Below are positions 38,224 through 46,761 of a stretch of DNA of 64,000 bases, piece by piece. The notes under the pieces are model-generated. The model did no database searches and had not been told where the DNA came from. It saw only the letters and a list, made by a program, of their open reading frames with translations. This DNA is from an uncultured Sulfolobales archaeon (lineage in GTDB: Archaea > Thermoproteota > Thermoprotei_A > Sulfolobales > NBVN01). The DNA lies in the NCBI GenBank assembly GCA_938045815.1, contig CALIBI010000018.1:11027-75026 (forward strand), read 5' to 3'. Numbering within the stretch: the first letter of the stretch is position 1; each line of letters starts with the position of its first letter. The position numbers and the translations under genes are program-made.

Positions 38224-38900
38224 TCAGCTATTAACGGATCTGTTGTTACGTGATTTGCACGTTTTGTAGGGGTCTGCCAAGCCATGCTTCCATAGCTTTC
38301 TTTATGCCTGACCAAGTTTTTATATCTAGAGATAAGGCTCTCAATACGTATGTGTAGCATCTCGACCTCCTGAAAACCTTACTCAACTTCCTCTGAACAA
38401 GCTTCAAAGCTTTCTCAGTAACTTCCTCTACCGCTTCCGTGGTAGTATTGTGTGGCTCCCAGATTAAACATCCGAAGTAAGCAAACCAACTATCCCGTCA
38501 ACCTTCTCGTATATTTTCTGGGGTACATCATCACTAACCTACATATTAATTTCCTCAAAACCTCTTCTGAGGGATTCAGGAGACTTTCCCCTATTGAATC
38601 TCTCAAGCTTCACCATCTTGATGTATTCGCCGTAAAGAGGGCTTGAAAGGTAACTTAATCTAATAGTGTTTAGTGGAAGACCTACTTCAGATCCTGTCAA
38701 CACGAATCTTAAATTAGGTAGGTTATCGTACGCGTATGTAAGAATACTCCCCTACTAAAACCTTCTTCCAACATCCTCAAATCTAGATAAACGTAGGGGG
38801 TGTTAAGCTCGTTTAAAGTGACCTTCAAAACAGAAGTCTCACCAATTCTCCTAACACCAAGAAGAAGTGATAGAGGCAGCTTAAGAATCTATTCTTAAGT
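38224..38900 (-). pseudogene. Decayed archaeal AAA+ ATPase gene (PF01637 Arch_ATPase / DUF234 type)
   Basis: My reverse-strand translation gives LLLGVRRIGETSVLKVTLNELNTPYVYLDLR (a Walker-A-like GxRRxGKT with Lys replaced by Glu). After a deletion/frameshift it continues NLRFVLTGSEVGL...SSPLYGEYIKMVKLERFNRGKSPESLRRGFEE and VPQKIYEKVDGIVGLL. At least 6 stops or frame changes interrupt it, and the track shows no intact ORF. Confidence 0.55.
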
Positions 38901-38969
38901 TCATTACCGATATTCAAAATATTTAACAATGCGGATCCGGAGTATCATTACAGTAGATTTGCGCACTCC

Positions 38970-39671
38970 TTAACACTCAAGCTTTACTCTCAGATCAGTA
39001 TTTGCTAGTACGACCCATTTCTCTAAATCCAGATAAGTATTAATTGCTTTAAACATAACTCCCTTTTCAGAAGCGTATCTCATGATATTAATTATTTCTG
39101 GATCTCCTAAACAGTATGGTTTGAAGCCCGTTACGTTGGGTAGGGAAGCTATGAAGATGACGTATGGTTTGAAAGTACTTGAGTAATCTGCTAGCACCTT
39201 AATTTGTCTTCTCCCCCTAATCGTTGGGCAATCAGGGTATGACGCATAATCATTACCTACCCTCAACACAGCACTCTTTAGTTCGGCAAGTCTTACACCA
39301 TCAGCACATCCCAGCATGTAATCTATGATCTCACTCCCTAATCTGAAATTTCTGTTACGTAGAGAGCACCCAGCCAACCAAGGTATGAGTCCGTGCTCAA
39401 GCAAATACTCGAATATCTTACTCTGGGTGAGAGTGTCTAATATAGCGTAACCCTCAACATCCTTAACCGCTACTAATCTATACTTGAGTCTAGACCCTCC
39501 TATAGAGCTACATAGTCCCTCCTTACCACGAACAATATACTCACGTAACCTCCCAGTATTAGTTAAGTGAGCTAAGCCAGTCTCACCACCTATCGATATC
39601 CGTACAGTAAAACGATTCAGTCTCTCAATTAGCTCACACTTAATTAAGTCATCAAGTCTGAAAAGCCTCAC
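38970..39671 (-). CDS. sfsA: SfsA-family nuclease (sugar fermentation stimulation protein homolog)
   Basis: The N-terminus ELIERLNRFTVRISIGGETGLAHLTNTGRLRE matches the SfsA OB-fold start (R.NRF...v...g....ah..NTGrl.e). About 230 aa. Confidence 0.8.
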   Translation of the reverse strand: MRLFRLDDLIKCELIERLNRFTVRISIGGETGLAHLTNTGRLREYIVRGKEGLCSSIGGSRLKYRLVAVKDVEGYAILDTLTQSKIFEYLLEHGLIPWLAGCSLRNRNFRLGSEIIDYMLGCADGVRLAELKSAVLRVGNDYASYPDCPTIRGRRQIKVLADYSSTFKPYVIFIASLPNVTGFKPYCLGDPEIINIMRYASEKGVMFKAINTYLDLEKWVVLANTDLRVKLEC

Positions 39672-39773
39672 TACTCACCACCTAATCATAAAGCACGTTG
39701 ACCGGGAAATATTACTACTCAGTGAAAATTTCAATTATCTTTTCCCGTATTGATGTTTCGAGTCTCATACACC

Positions 39774-39988
39774 CATTGAGTTACCGTATATCGCGTTAAG
39801 CAAAAGCTCAGAAGCTACTAAGATTTAACGATGACTTAAGAAACATGGTTAGGGTGTTTTCAGACTCGTTACTCTAGCGACCCGTATTGGTTCGTGATTT
39901 CAGGAGTTAAGTTAGTTAATGGGCTTACTAACCCTGCATTGAGTTACCTCAAATTACTTTCTTTCCTCAAGCGTAGGTTAATGGGCTT
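39774..39988 (+). repeat. Two interleaved 12-nt direct repeats in a 361-nt spacer
   Basis: CATTGAGTTACC at 39774-39785 and 39937-39948. GTTAATGGGCTT at 39915-39926 and 39977-39988. Confidence 0.6.
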
Positions 39989-40032
39989 GACCCAATATAT
40001 TATATTAGTTTTGTCCTTGTATAGGGAGTTAA

Positions 40033-40644
40033 ATGATGTGTGAGTGCTTCCTCGAGACTGTGTTAAGTAGATCTAGTGTGAGATGGTTTAAGAGCGATCC
40101 CGTACCTGATGACGTCCTACTCAAGATTCTTGAGGCAGGGATTAGAGCTCCTAATGCTGGTAGCAGTGAGCAGTGGTTCTTCATAGTAGTTAGAGATCCT
40201 GAAATAAGGAAGAAGCTTCACGACTTACTCCTAGAAGCTCACGAGTTCTACGCTACGCGAGTTCTTAAGACTCCACTACCTCCAGATAAGGTAGGTAAGT
40301 GGGTTCAAAGGATTCGTGAGGGCATGTATCTAGCTCCCACTTATATAGCAGGTTATGTTGACTTAAGGAAGACTACACATGTTGTGGAGTTTACAGGTGC
40401 TGAGAAGATATTTGCTATGCAATCTGTTGCTGCAGCTCTAGAGAATATGTTGTTGGTTGCTCATGCTCTTGGGTTAGGTGCTGTATGGTTGGGTGTACCC
40501 TTACTACTCAAGAATAAGTTTGACGAGCTTCTTAAACCACCAGAAGGATGTGATTTGCAAGGAATCATAGCGCTTGGTTATCCTGCAGAAACCCCTAAGA
40601 CCAGACCTAGAAAACCCTTAAGTGAAGTAGTCCGGTTTATTTAA
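40033..40644 (+). CDS. Nitroreductase-family protein
   Basis: RSSVRWFKSDPVPDDVLLKILEAGIRAPNAGSSEQWFFIVV and the C-terminal IIALGYPAE are typical of nitroreductase/FMN reductase. Confidence 0.85.
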   Translation: MMCECFLETVLSRSSVRWFKSDPVPDDVLLKILEAGIRAPNAGSSEQWFFIVVRDPEIRKKLHDLLLEAHEFYATRVLKTPLPPDKVGKWVQRIREGMYLAPTYIAGYVDLRKTTHVVEFTGAEKIFAMQSVAAALENMLLVAHALGLGAVWLGVPLLLKNKFDELLKPPEGCDLQGIIALGYPAETPKTRPRKPLSEVVRFI

Positions 40645-40684
40645 ACCTAGTTAAAACCTCGAGAATCTCTTCCTTAAAGACCTT

Positions 40685-41521
40685 TCATATTTTCTCAGCT
40701 AATGGGAAAGCATGAAGAAGTTGTGCAGGAAGTAACTTAAATGCTTCTGCATAGATAGTTGAGGCTTTCCTGCCGTAAAAAGCCGCGCTAAATAATATTA
40801 GCGACTTAATGTGTTCCCAATTATGCTCAAACTGTGTTTTATGTAGTCTTAGAGCGTTAAGCTTAGCTTCTATAAAGCTAGTTATATTGTTGAATGCGTT
40901 AGGTCTGGGCGTATTATAGAGAGCTAAGTAACTGACGAACCAAGACTCTGAATCAGGAGCTTCAGAACACCCGTAATGAGGTAGTGGCGAGAAAATAATT
41001 GCTTCAGCTGTGAGGAGACCTACGTTCCTATGATCTGGGTGCCCTTCATAAGGACACCAAGGATCAGGCGCGAAAATTATGTCCGGCTTTAAAGACCTAA
41101 ACAAACATACTAGCTTGTTCCTCAACTCATTATTGTACGGCACTCTACCATCACTATATCCTAACCATAAGACCTCTTTAACACCTAAAACCTTAGATGC
41201 ATCAACCTGCTCCCTATACCTAATCTCAGACAATTTCTCAGGAGAAATACTTGAGTCTAGAGTTCCGAGGGATCCGTCAGAAACTACGAGTAACTTAACC
41301 TCCTTACCTTTACCAGCTAAGGATGCTAATGTCCCTCCCACACCTAACTCACAGTCGTTCGGGTGTGGGGAAACACACAGTACGCGCTCAACCTTATCAA
41401 GTGCTTTATCAAAACCTGGATCAATCACTTTCTTAACTAACTCTCTGTAGGCTTCAGATTCAGGCAATTCAATTATTTCTCTCAACACATCATACAAACT
41501 CAAAGCACCCAAAGAAAACAT
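40685..41521 (-). CDS. PIG-L/LmbE-family deacetylase
   Basis: VLCVSPHPNDCELGVGGTLA (an HPDD-type motif, here HPND) and a downstream EGHPDHRNVG. Confidence 0.8.
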   Translation of the reverse strand: MFSLGALSLYDVLREIIELPESEAYRELVKKVIDPGFDKALDKVERVLCVSPHPNDCELGVGGTLASLAGKGKEVKLLVVSDGSLGTLDSSISPEKLSEIRYREQVDASKVLGVKEVLWLGYSDGRVPYNNELRNKLVCLFRSLKPDIIFAPDPWCPYEGHPDHRNVGLLTAEAIIFSPLPHYGCSEAPDSESWFVSYLALYNTPRPNAFNNITSFIEAKLNALRLHKTQFEHNWEHIKSLILFSAAFYGRKASTIYAEAFKLLPAQLLHAFPLAEKI

Positions 41522-41599
41522 ACGTTAATAGTAATAAAGCTAATCTACGAATACTCGCAGACAAACAAGAAATTAAGAGCTTGTAGCACTGCGTAAGAA

Positions 41600-43021
41600 T
41601 TAGGGTATTATCTTGCCATCCACTCTTACTTCCTTTAAGCCATGCTTCTTAAGAATCTTATTCGCTTCAATCACTAATTCATTAACTTTATTCTTTAGGT
41701 CGTCGTAACTTATTGACTCGCCGTAAATCCTAATTTTAGGTTCTGTCCCAGATTTTCTCACGAGTAACCAAGACTTATCCACGTAATTAACTCTCAAGCC
41801 ATCCACCGTTAGTATTTCAGAGTCGGGGGTCCGCCATTCTAGCAGCTTAGTCTTTAGGCTCTCATATACTTCTTCTTTGAGTTCTTTAGGAACTTCTATA
41901 GATATTCTTGCTTGAGGATAGTCTGGAATATCCTTCAGTAAAGTATCAATATTGGAGCTCCTCTCAATCATTAACTTAGTTAAGAAAGCTGCCTGATAAA
42001 CACCATCTACCCACGCTCCCCACCCCGGATCTATAAGCTTCCACGGCTCTGCAGTCATGACTGTATCTGGGTATTTGAGTATGCCTGTATGAGTTGCTCC
42101 TAGCTTAGTTATAGCTAGCTTACCACCTGCCATCTCAACAACTTCTTTCACAGCGTTTCCTACGTCTATAGATACTACTACGGTTCCTCTCTTCTCACTC
42201 AATATCTCCTTAGCTAGTAACGCAATTATTCTGTCTTGCTTCACGAATCCTTTAGTAGGGCTTAGAACAGCTAGTCTGTCTCCATCTCCGTCGTGAGCTA
42301 AGAACGCGTCAACTCCTAACTCTCTAGCTATTGGGAGCAGGGGTTCCAGGACGTCAGGTCTTGGTTCAGGGTGTCTTCCGGGAAACCTCCCATCAACGTT
42401 AGAGTTGAGTGTGAGTACCTGAGCACCTAACTCAGACAGGACTCTAGGAGTTACTAGAGAAGCCGCACCATTAGCCGTGTCAATGAGAACTCGGATTCTA
42501 TTCTTCTTGTTTTCGGTGCATAATCTACTCAGTAAATCCGCTATATACTCTTCTATTATGTGTGTGGCGCTAGTGAGTGCCCCGACAGCATCCCAATCAA
42601 CAAAAACCCATTTCTTACTAAGATATAATTCCTCAATCTTAGACTCATCTTCTTCCAGAATCTCCATCCCGGTACCGTAGAAAGCTTTGAGACCGTTATC
42701 GTGAGGAGGGTTGTGTGATGCGGTTACGTAAATACCTAGGTCCCTCTTTAAGTATCTTGTACTCCAAGCCAGAACTGGTAGCGGAACTAAACCCACGTCA
42801 ATAACGTCGGAACCGGAAGCCAGGAGTCCTGCTATCACGGAATTCTTCAGGAGTGGTGTGGTTAAGCGGCCATCACCACCTACTACACTCTTACGTGCTT
42901 TGAGGTATGTCGCTATGGTTGCGCTGAGGTACAGGAAGATTTCAGGACCTACTTCTTTTAAGTATCTTCCTCTCACACCAGCTGTTCCGAAGAGTCTCTT
43001 ACTACTCACCAGCTTCCCCAC
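41600..43021 (-). CDS. Phosphoglucomutase/phosphomannomutase (alpha-D-phosphohexomutase; GlmM/PMM type)
   Basis: FGTAGVRG, active-site loop VTASHNPPHDNG, metal loop AHDGDGDRLAV, C-terminal RKSGTEPKIRIY. Confidence 0.9.
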   Translation of the reverse strand: MGKLVSSKRLFGTAGVRGRYLKEVGPEIFLYLSATIATYLKARKSVVGGDGRLTTPLLKNSVIAGLLASGSDVIDVGLVPLPVLAWSTRYLKRDLGIYVTASHNPPHDNGLKAFYGTGMEILEEDESKIEELYLSKKWVFVDWDAVGALTSATHIIEEYIADLLSRLCTENKKNRIRVLIDTANGAASLVTPRVLSELGAQVLTLNSNVDGRFPGRHPEPRPDVLEPLLPIARELGVDAFLAHDGDGDRLAVLSPTKGFVKQDRIIALLAKEILSEKRGTVVVSIDVGNAVKEVVEMAGGKLAITKLGATHTGILKYPDTVMTAEPWKLIDPGWGAWVDGVYQAAFLTKLMIERSSNIDTLLKDIPDYPQARISIEVPKELKEEVYESLKTKLLEWRTPDSEILTVDGLRVNYVDKSWLLVRKSGTEPKIRIYGESISYDDLKNKVNELVIEANKILKKHGLKEVRVDGKIIP

Positions 43022-43568
43022 CCACTTCTCCTGCTTGCGTTAAGTCTCTCAAATTAATTAATTCGTGTGGCTTAAGTAGAGACACAGCAGCAACTCTCTT
43101 ACCTCTCATAACCTTAACTATCTTGATGAAAACCACCCAGTCAGGGTTTTCTAGGTTTACTGGCCTATCGATATACTTAGCTATCTCCCTAATAGAGTCT
43201 ATAGAATGCATTATGATCTTCCTCCCCTCAGAATCCACACTCATTAAATGTCCTTGAAGAGTTATTCTGAAGCTTTCGTTTTGAGGAATCTTGGTAGCTA
43301 TACTCTTAACTACCTCTATAACCTCATCAAGATAAGGATCAACCACGTAGTCTACAGGGATAACTCTAATTATTGGTGTGCCCCCACCCCCTAAACTCTC
43401 TCTCAACTTACTAGCTACTCGATGAGGATCCCCCTCAACTAAATACAGCATTACTGACTGATAGGAAGTCAGGATTTTTCCCTCAGTACCTAATATCTGC
43501 CTTAGTTGATTCCTAGCCCACCTCCAGTTATCAGGTCCCGGCTCGTGAATAACTATTAGATTAAACAT
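43002..43568 (-). CDS. THUMP-domain RNA-binding protein
   Basis: About 190 aa. The N-terminal ferredoxin-like part is followed by SFRITLQG......IDRPVNLENPDWVVFIKIV...AAVSLL, matching the THUMP pattern (v.L.nPd..v.vei....a.vs). The likely start is MFNLIV. Confidence 0.6.
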   Translation of the reverse strand: MFNLIVIHEPGPDNWRWARNQLRQILGTEGKILTSYQSVMLYLVEGDPHRVASKLRESLGGGGTPIIRVIPVDYVVDPYLDEVIEVVKSIATKIPQNESFRITLQGHLMSVDSEGRKIIMHSIDSIREIAKYIDRPVNLENPDWVVFIKIVKVMRGKRVAAVSLLKPHELINLRDLTQAGEVGGEAGE

Positions 43569-43647
43569 TCGAACACCCCTCACTACTCAGCCCAACCTAC
43601 TATACAGCTCAAGATTAATAAGAGGGTTCTAGTATCTCCTTGACGAG

Positions 43648-43676
43648 AATAAACAATTGTCTAAAAATTGTTTATT
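43648..43676. promoter_or_regulatory. Perfect 11-bp inverted repeat (candidate operator) in a divergent intergenic region
   Basis: AATAAACAATT-N7-AATTGTTTATT read directly from the sequence. It lies just upstream of a TATA-like GGTTATATATTC about 35 nt before the ATG at 43737. Confidence 0.4.
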
Positions 43677-43736
43677 TCACTGTCGATGCAAAGGTTATAT
43701 ATTCTGTAAACCTTGTTCAAATGGGTCTAAATTGAT

Positions 43737-44447
43737 ATGTATGTAGCAGTATTTGATATAGTTCAGTATGATTGTCCTGTCGTATGGTTAGTAGAGCATC
43801 TTAAAGACATCAAAATAATAGTCACTGGAGCTAACGTTGCTGAGATCTCCAGAGGTTACGAGAAAATATACGTAGTCATACTAGGAGATAATGATACTTT
43901 CAGTAAAGTTTTAGAAAAGATAAGGAATTATAGGCTCGTGCGAAATTATGAAGTAATACAGAAGAAGAAGGATTTTATTAAGATGCAGATGAATATAGCT
44001 AAAACTAAGACTATGGAGGCCAGTGTTTTTCTTGATGCAGTACCACTAGCGCCGTGGATAGCCAAGGAAGGGTATGAGAGATGGAGTCTAGGATTTCATA
44101 ATAAGAAGCTACTTAACGAATTCATTAGGAAAGTAAGTGAGTTTGATTATATAGAGAAGTCTAGAGTGGAGAAAATACCTGACGAGCTAATCGCGGAATT
44201 CTCAATGAACTACATGTCAGCACTAAACCTACTAACAACAGAACTAAACAAACTGACTGATAAACAATTAAACCTACTGAGATTAGCGCTTGAGTCAGGA
44301 TATTATGAGTGGCCTAGAAAAACCAACATAGTTGAACTTTCCGAAGAACTAGGTATATCGCGCGCAGCAGTAACTAAGCTACTGAGGCGTGCTGAGAAAA
44401 GAATAATATCTTCTATGTTAAAGTACATGAGTAAGACATCTGCTTAA
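43737..44447 (+). CDS. HTH_10 (bacterio-opsin activator-type) transcriptional regulator
   Basis: C-terminal LTDKQLNLLRLALESGYYEWPRKTNIVELSEELGISRAAVTKLLRRAEKRII is the HTH_10/DmsR-type motif. Confidence 0.7.
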   Translation: MYVAVFDIVQYDCPVVWLVEHLKDIKIIVTGANVAEISRGYEKIYVVILGDNDTFSKVLEKIRNYRLVRNYEVIQKKKDFIKMQMNIAKTKTMEASVFLDAVPLAPWIAKEGYERWSLGFHNKKLLNEFIRKVSEFDYIEKSRVEKIPDELIAEFSMNYMSALNLLTTELNKLTDKQLNLLRLALESGYYEWPRKTNIVELSEELGISRAAVTKLLRRAEKRIISSMLKYMSKTSA

Positions 44448-44552
44448 GTTTAAATCAGTCTTAGCTCGCGTACTACGTCTCAGATACTTAATAATCATTG
44501 TTTACCTGGATCTAGATTACTCGCGATAACGTACTTTAAACGAGGGACTGAA

Positions 44553-45704
44553 TTGGAGGTAGGTGTCATAAGCGCTTACAGTCTGAAGTACGAGTTAAGA
44601 ACTCCTAAGGAAGTGTGGGACATGATTAAGGAAGTTACTGAGGGGGTAATAAGAAAAGTTGATAAAGGTATTAGTGAGGAGGAGATAGACTTAGTCATAG
44701 TATCTAATTTCTCTGATAGGTTTGGCGGACTCCTACATACAGCACCTCTAGTCATCTCACACCTAGGTTTGAACAGCACTAAAGGTTTCAGGGTAGAGAA
44801 TGCCTGCGTGTCTGGGGGTACTGCTCTCTATCTAGCATGGAATTTCCTTAAGAGTGGATTGGTTAGGAACGTTTTAATAGTAGGTTTCGAGAAGATGAGT
44901 TACTTGCCCTCAAGTATGGAGATTAACGAGGTCTTAATGCTAGCAGGACATCCTGATGAAGTCTTAGTAGGTTCACCTTTCGTGTCTCTCTACGCTCTAA
45001 TAGCTGCTGCATACATGAGTAAATATGGTGTTAAGGAGGAAGACTTAGCGTTAATAGCTGTAAAAAATCATGAAAACGGGTTGAGGAACCCTCTCGCAGC
45101 CATGCAGAAGAAAATTAGTGTTGAGGACGTGATGAAATCCCCCTATATTTCGTGGCCATTAAAGCTCTACGACTCCTCACTAATAACTGATGGTGCGGCA
45201 GCCTTAATACTCAGTAGTGAACCAAGAAAGTATACTGACGCACCAGTAATGATTAGAGCAGTAGCTATGCATCATGATCATCCAGGAGTTTTCCAGCGTG
45301 ATGACTTGACTGCCTTGAGAGCTGTTAAGAAAGCTGGTGAAGAAGCTTTCAGGAGCGCTGGCTTAACACCTAAAGACATAGATGTCATGGAAGTGCATGA
45401 CGCGTTCACAATAGCGGAGATAATAGTTTACGAAATGCTTGGTCTCGCTAATAGAGGTAGAGGTGTAGACTTAGTGAGAAACGGTGTCACGACGTTTAAC
45501 GGCGAAATACCAGTCAATCCTAGTGGTGGACTCAAGTCTAAAGGACACCCAATAGGAGCCACTGGTGTTGGTATGGTAGCAGAAATCTACTGGCAACTAA
45601 GAGGTGAAGCAGATCAAAGACAAGTACCTGATGCTGAGGTAGGTTTAGTAGAAAATCACGGAGGTACTGGAGCAACGTCAGTAGTAGCTATTTTCGGTAG
45701 GTGA
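44553..45704 (+). CDS. Thiolase (SCP-x/archaeal acetoacetyl-CoA thiolase type)
   Basis: Nucleophile region VENACVSGGTAL, MEVHDAFTIAEI, NPSGGLKSKGHPIGATG, a C-terminal ENHGGTG. TTG start. Confidence 0.85.
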   Translation: MEVGVISAYSLKYELRTPKEVWDMIKEVTEGVIRKVDKGISEEEIDLVIVSNFSDRFGGLLHTAPLVISHLGLNSTKGFRVENACVSGGTALYLAWNFLKSGLVRNVLIVGFEKMSYLPSSMEINEVLMLAGHPDEVLVGSPFVSLYALIAAAYMSKYGVKEEDLALIAVKNHENGLRNPLAAMQKKISVEDVMKSPYISWPLKLYDSSLITDGAAALILSSEPRKYTDAPVMIRAVAMHHDHPGVFQRDDLTALRAVKKAGEEAFRSAGLTPKDIDVMEVHDAFTIAEIIVYEMLGLANRGRGVDLVRNGVTTFNGEIPVNPSGGLKSKGHPIGATGVGMVAEIYWQLRGEADQRQVPDAEVGLVENHGGTGATSVVAIFGR

Positions 45705-46681
45705 TTAGGATGGTCTGGAAGCTAATTACCTACACAGAATTATACACTCCAGTACCGCCTTACAAATCTATCTACGCTATAGGTATAGTGGAAAATGAGG
45801 AAGGTGTCAAAAGGGTAGTCCGTATAGACAGGAAGTTCTTCGGGAGACTTAAGACAGGTATGGTAGGAGAAGTCACTGAGTCTTGGAGTGTTTTCGGTAA
45901 TATACCTTTGTTCATTCCATCAGGTGTTGAGGCTCGTGAAGAGAAAGTAGCTTTAGTGACTGGAGGTGCTAGAGGAATAGGAGCTGCCATATCTATAGAA
46001 CTCGCTAAGTCAGGGTACCTAATAGCAGTGGCTGACATACTGCGTGATACTGAGGCAGAGAATACTATTAAGGCAATATCTAATGCCGGATCTAAGGCAG
46101 TGTTTGTAGAGATGGATGTCTCAAGGTATGAGTCCGTGGAGGAGGGAGTTAAGAAGGTAGCAAGCGAATTCGGCAGAATTGACGTCTTAGTTAACAACGC
46201 TGGAATAACGAAAGACTCATACATGCAGAGAATGAGCCCCGATATGTGGGACGCAGTAATAAGAGTGAATTTAACTGGTGCGTATAACTGTTCAAGAGCT
46301 GTTACGCCTTACATGATCAAGAATGGGGGAGGCGTCATAATTAACGTCTCATCTATAGTTGGGTTAATAGGTAATGTAGGGCAAGCAAACTACGCAGCTT
46401 CTAAATCAGGCTTAATAGGACTCACCTACACCCTAGCTAAGGAACTAGCCCCATACGGGGTAAGAGTAGTCGCAATAGCTCCAGGGTTTGTCAAAACACG
46501 AATGGCTTTAGCAGTACCTACACCAATACTAAGAGACTACTTAAGGAGAATACCCATACCAAGACTCATAGAACCGGAAGAAATCGCTAAGCTGGTAAGA
46601 CATATCATAGAGAATGAGGCATTGAACGGTATCGTGATACCGATAGATCTAGGCACAACAATCTCAAGTCTTAAAGCTTAA
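45701..46681 (+). CDS. Fusion protein: DUF35-type OB-fold domain (N-terminal, about 80 aa) plus SDR 3-oxoacyl reductase (FabG-like)
   Basis: The N-terminal KLITYTELYTP..PPYKSIYAIGIVENEEGVKRVVRID...LKTGMVGEV matches the DUF35 OB fold, and no zinc ribbon is present. It is followed by VALVTGGARGIGAAI, VLVNNAGI, SS...NYAASKSG (Ser-Tyr-Lys). GTGA overlap with the thiolase. Confidence 0.8.
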   Translation: MIRMVWKLITYTELYTPVPPYKSIYAIGIVENEEGVKRVVRIDRKFFGRLKTGMVGEVTESWSVFGNIPLFIPSGVEAREEKVALVTGGARGIGAAISIELAKSGYLIAVADILRDTEAENTIKAISNAGSKAVFVEMDVSRYESVEEGVKKVASEFGRIDVLVNNAGITKDSYMQRMSPDMWDAVIRVNLTGAYNCSRAVTPYMIKNGGGVIINVSSIVGLIGNVGQANYAASKSGLIGLTYTLAKELAPYGVRVVAIAPGFVKTRMALAVPTPILRDYLRRIPIPRLIEPEEIAKLVRHIIENEALNGIVIPIDLGTTISSLKA

Positions 46682-46761
46682 ATCATGATCATAAGTAGGT
46701 TTCAGAATTAACCAGAAGGTTTTTATGTTTAATACCCGGTTAATCTACTGGGCATCTATTT

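Noticed and set aside
38452-38646. 64-codon + strand ORF in the gap after the hydrolase gene
   Set aside because: It lies antisense to the decayed archaeal ATPase remnant, its composition is low in information and it has no motif. It is most likely a chance ORF.
45772-46224. 150-aa minus-strand ORF
   Set aside because: It is antisense to the DUF35-SDR fusion gene, which has strong motifs. The ORF is a Ser/Thr/Pro-rich shadow frame.
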